A stretch of DNA of 64,000 bases from Lysobacterales bacterium. GTDB taxonomy: Bacteria; Pseudomonadota; Gammaproteobacteria; Xanthomonadales; UBA2363. This document shows, in pieces, positions 63,024 through 64,000 of this stretch (its first letter is position 1; every line of letters begins with the position of its first letter). Both the position numbers and the translations under genes were made by a program. The notes beneath the pieces were generated by a model. That model searched no databases, had not been told where the DNA came from, and saw only the letters and a program-made list of their open reading frames with translations. Location: positions 18,504 to 82,503 of the forward strand of contig JAMHVM010000125.1 of assembly GCA_035911475.1 (NCBI GenBank). Direction: 5' to 3'.

Positions 63024-64000
63024 ATGAATACCTTTGCCCTGTTGCGCCGTTGCCTGCCGATGCTGCTTGTCACGTCCTGGACGATGGCCTTGCCCGCGAC
63101 AGCGCAGGAAGCGCTGGCCGAGGGGGTCGGCAACAACGACAAGGCCGCGGCCGAGCGCGAGGCGCTGGGGCCGGACCTGGACGCGATCCGCCGCTTCGTC
63201 GAGGTCTATCGGGTCATCAAGGCCGCCCATGTCGAGCCCGTGGCCGACGACGTCCTGATCGAATCGGCGATCCGCGGCATGCTCGGTGGGCTGGACGCGC
63301 ACAGTGGTTATCTGGACGTGCGCGCGCTGGAGGTGCTCACCGATGACACCCTGGGTGCCTACGACGGCCTCGGCGTGGAGCTGATCTCCGGTGCCGGCGT
63401 CCTGCAGGTGATCGGTGCCATGCCGGATTCACCGGCCGAGCGCGCGGGTCTCAAGGTCGGGGATTTCATCACCCATGTCGACGAGCTGGAAGTCGACGAG
63501 TCCACCATGCCGCAGTCACTGGCCAAGTTGCGCGGCCGGCCGGGCACCCGCGTGCACCTGACGGTGGTGCGCGACGACGCGCCGGCACCGATGGAGATGG
63601 ACCTGGTGCGTGCGCGCATTCGGCTCAGCACGGTGCGTTCGGAATGGCTGGAGCCCGGTCTGGCGATCATCCATGTGGCGCAATGCCAGCCGGCCACGGC
63701 CGGCGAGATCCATCGGCAGCTCAACCGCCTGCGCCGCGAGCACGGCGCCGATCTGCGCGGCGTGGTACTCGACCTGCGCGGCAATCCGGGTGGTGCGCTG
63801 GAATCGGCCGTGGCCATCAGCGACATGTTCCTGGCCCAGGGCCGCATCGTCAGCCTCAAGGGTCGTGCCGAAGTCGTCGATCGCGCCTACGATGCGCGGC
63901 CGGGCAGCGACTGGGAAAGCCTGCCGATGGCGGTGCTGATCGACGGTGAAACCGCCTCGGCCGCGGAGATCATCGCCGCCGCGCTGCAAAGCCACGGCCG
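63024..64000 (+). CDS. S41 family carboxyl-terminal processing protease (CtpA-like), truncated by the window end
   Basis: Read directly (not in the ORF track): MNTFALLRRCLPMLL..., AIRGMLGGLDAHSGYL, PDZ (GLGVE...DSPAERAGLKVGDFITHVD), LDLRGNPGG, TASAAEII. Confidence 0.9.
   Translation, partial: MNTFALLRRCLPMLLVTSWTMALPATAQEALAEGVGNNDKAAAEREALGPDLDAIRRFVEVYRVIKAAHVEPVADDVLIESAIRGMLGGLDAHSGYLDVRALEVLTDDTLGAYDGLGVELISGAGVLQVIGAMPDSPAERAGLKVGDFITHVDELEVDESTMPQSLAKLRGRPGTRVHLTVVRDDAPAPMEMDLVRARIRLSTVRSEWLEPGLAIIHVAQCQPATAGEIHRQLNRLRREHGADLRGVVLDLRGNPGGALESAVAISDMFLAQGRIVSLKGRAEVVDRAYDARPGSDWESLPMAVLIDGETASAAEIIAAALQSHG

Overview
GC-rich chromosomal window (roughly two-thirds GC by eye). Gene content and order suggest a Xanthomonadales/Rhodanobacteraceae-like gammaproteobacterium; this is an inference. 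About 50 CDS can be supported. Housekeeping and stress genes: LOG, pirin, rpoH with overlapping sigmaE promoter and CIRCE, AraC-ohr-haloperoxidase, ndh, priA, MATE, sppA, SDRs, TonB-dependent receptor, PspA-YqiJ-flotillin operon, sirtuin, ggt, PPTase, MidA methyltransferase, putP, metNIQ and a truncated S41 protease. These are interleaved with accessory loci for secreted/surface proteins and membrane-anchored Ser/Thr kinase regulators. No rRNA, tRNA, CRISPR array, integrase or transposase was seen. Main observations: (1) four unrelated secreted proteins end in the same short tail D/E-x-[IL]-F-x-x-G-F-[E/N], and a fifth carries it internally in front of a CotH kinase domain, making it a candidate uncharacterised C-terminal sorting/anchoring signal; (2) a 44.3-60.3 kb accessory region with a decayed TPR gene, two tandem 14-repeat delta-60 proteins, an OmpA protein and an ECF43-type sigma/kinase pair; (3) a 166-bp, about 94% identical duplication of the metQ 3' end flanking a single cargo gene, which looks like an integration scar without an integrase; (4) a winged-helix/Ser-Thr kinase/TM/TPR one-component regulator, plus a shared TTCAGG direct-repeat motif upstream of accessory genes; (5) a DnaA-box cluster upstream of priA; (6) a sirtuin lacking all zinc-ribbon cysteines. 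Family assignments come from motif recognition, not database searches.
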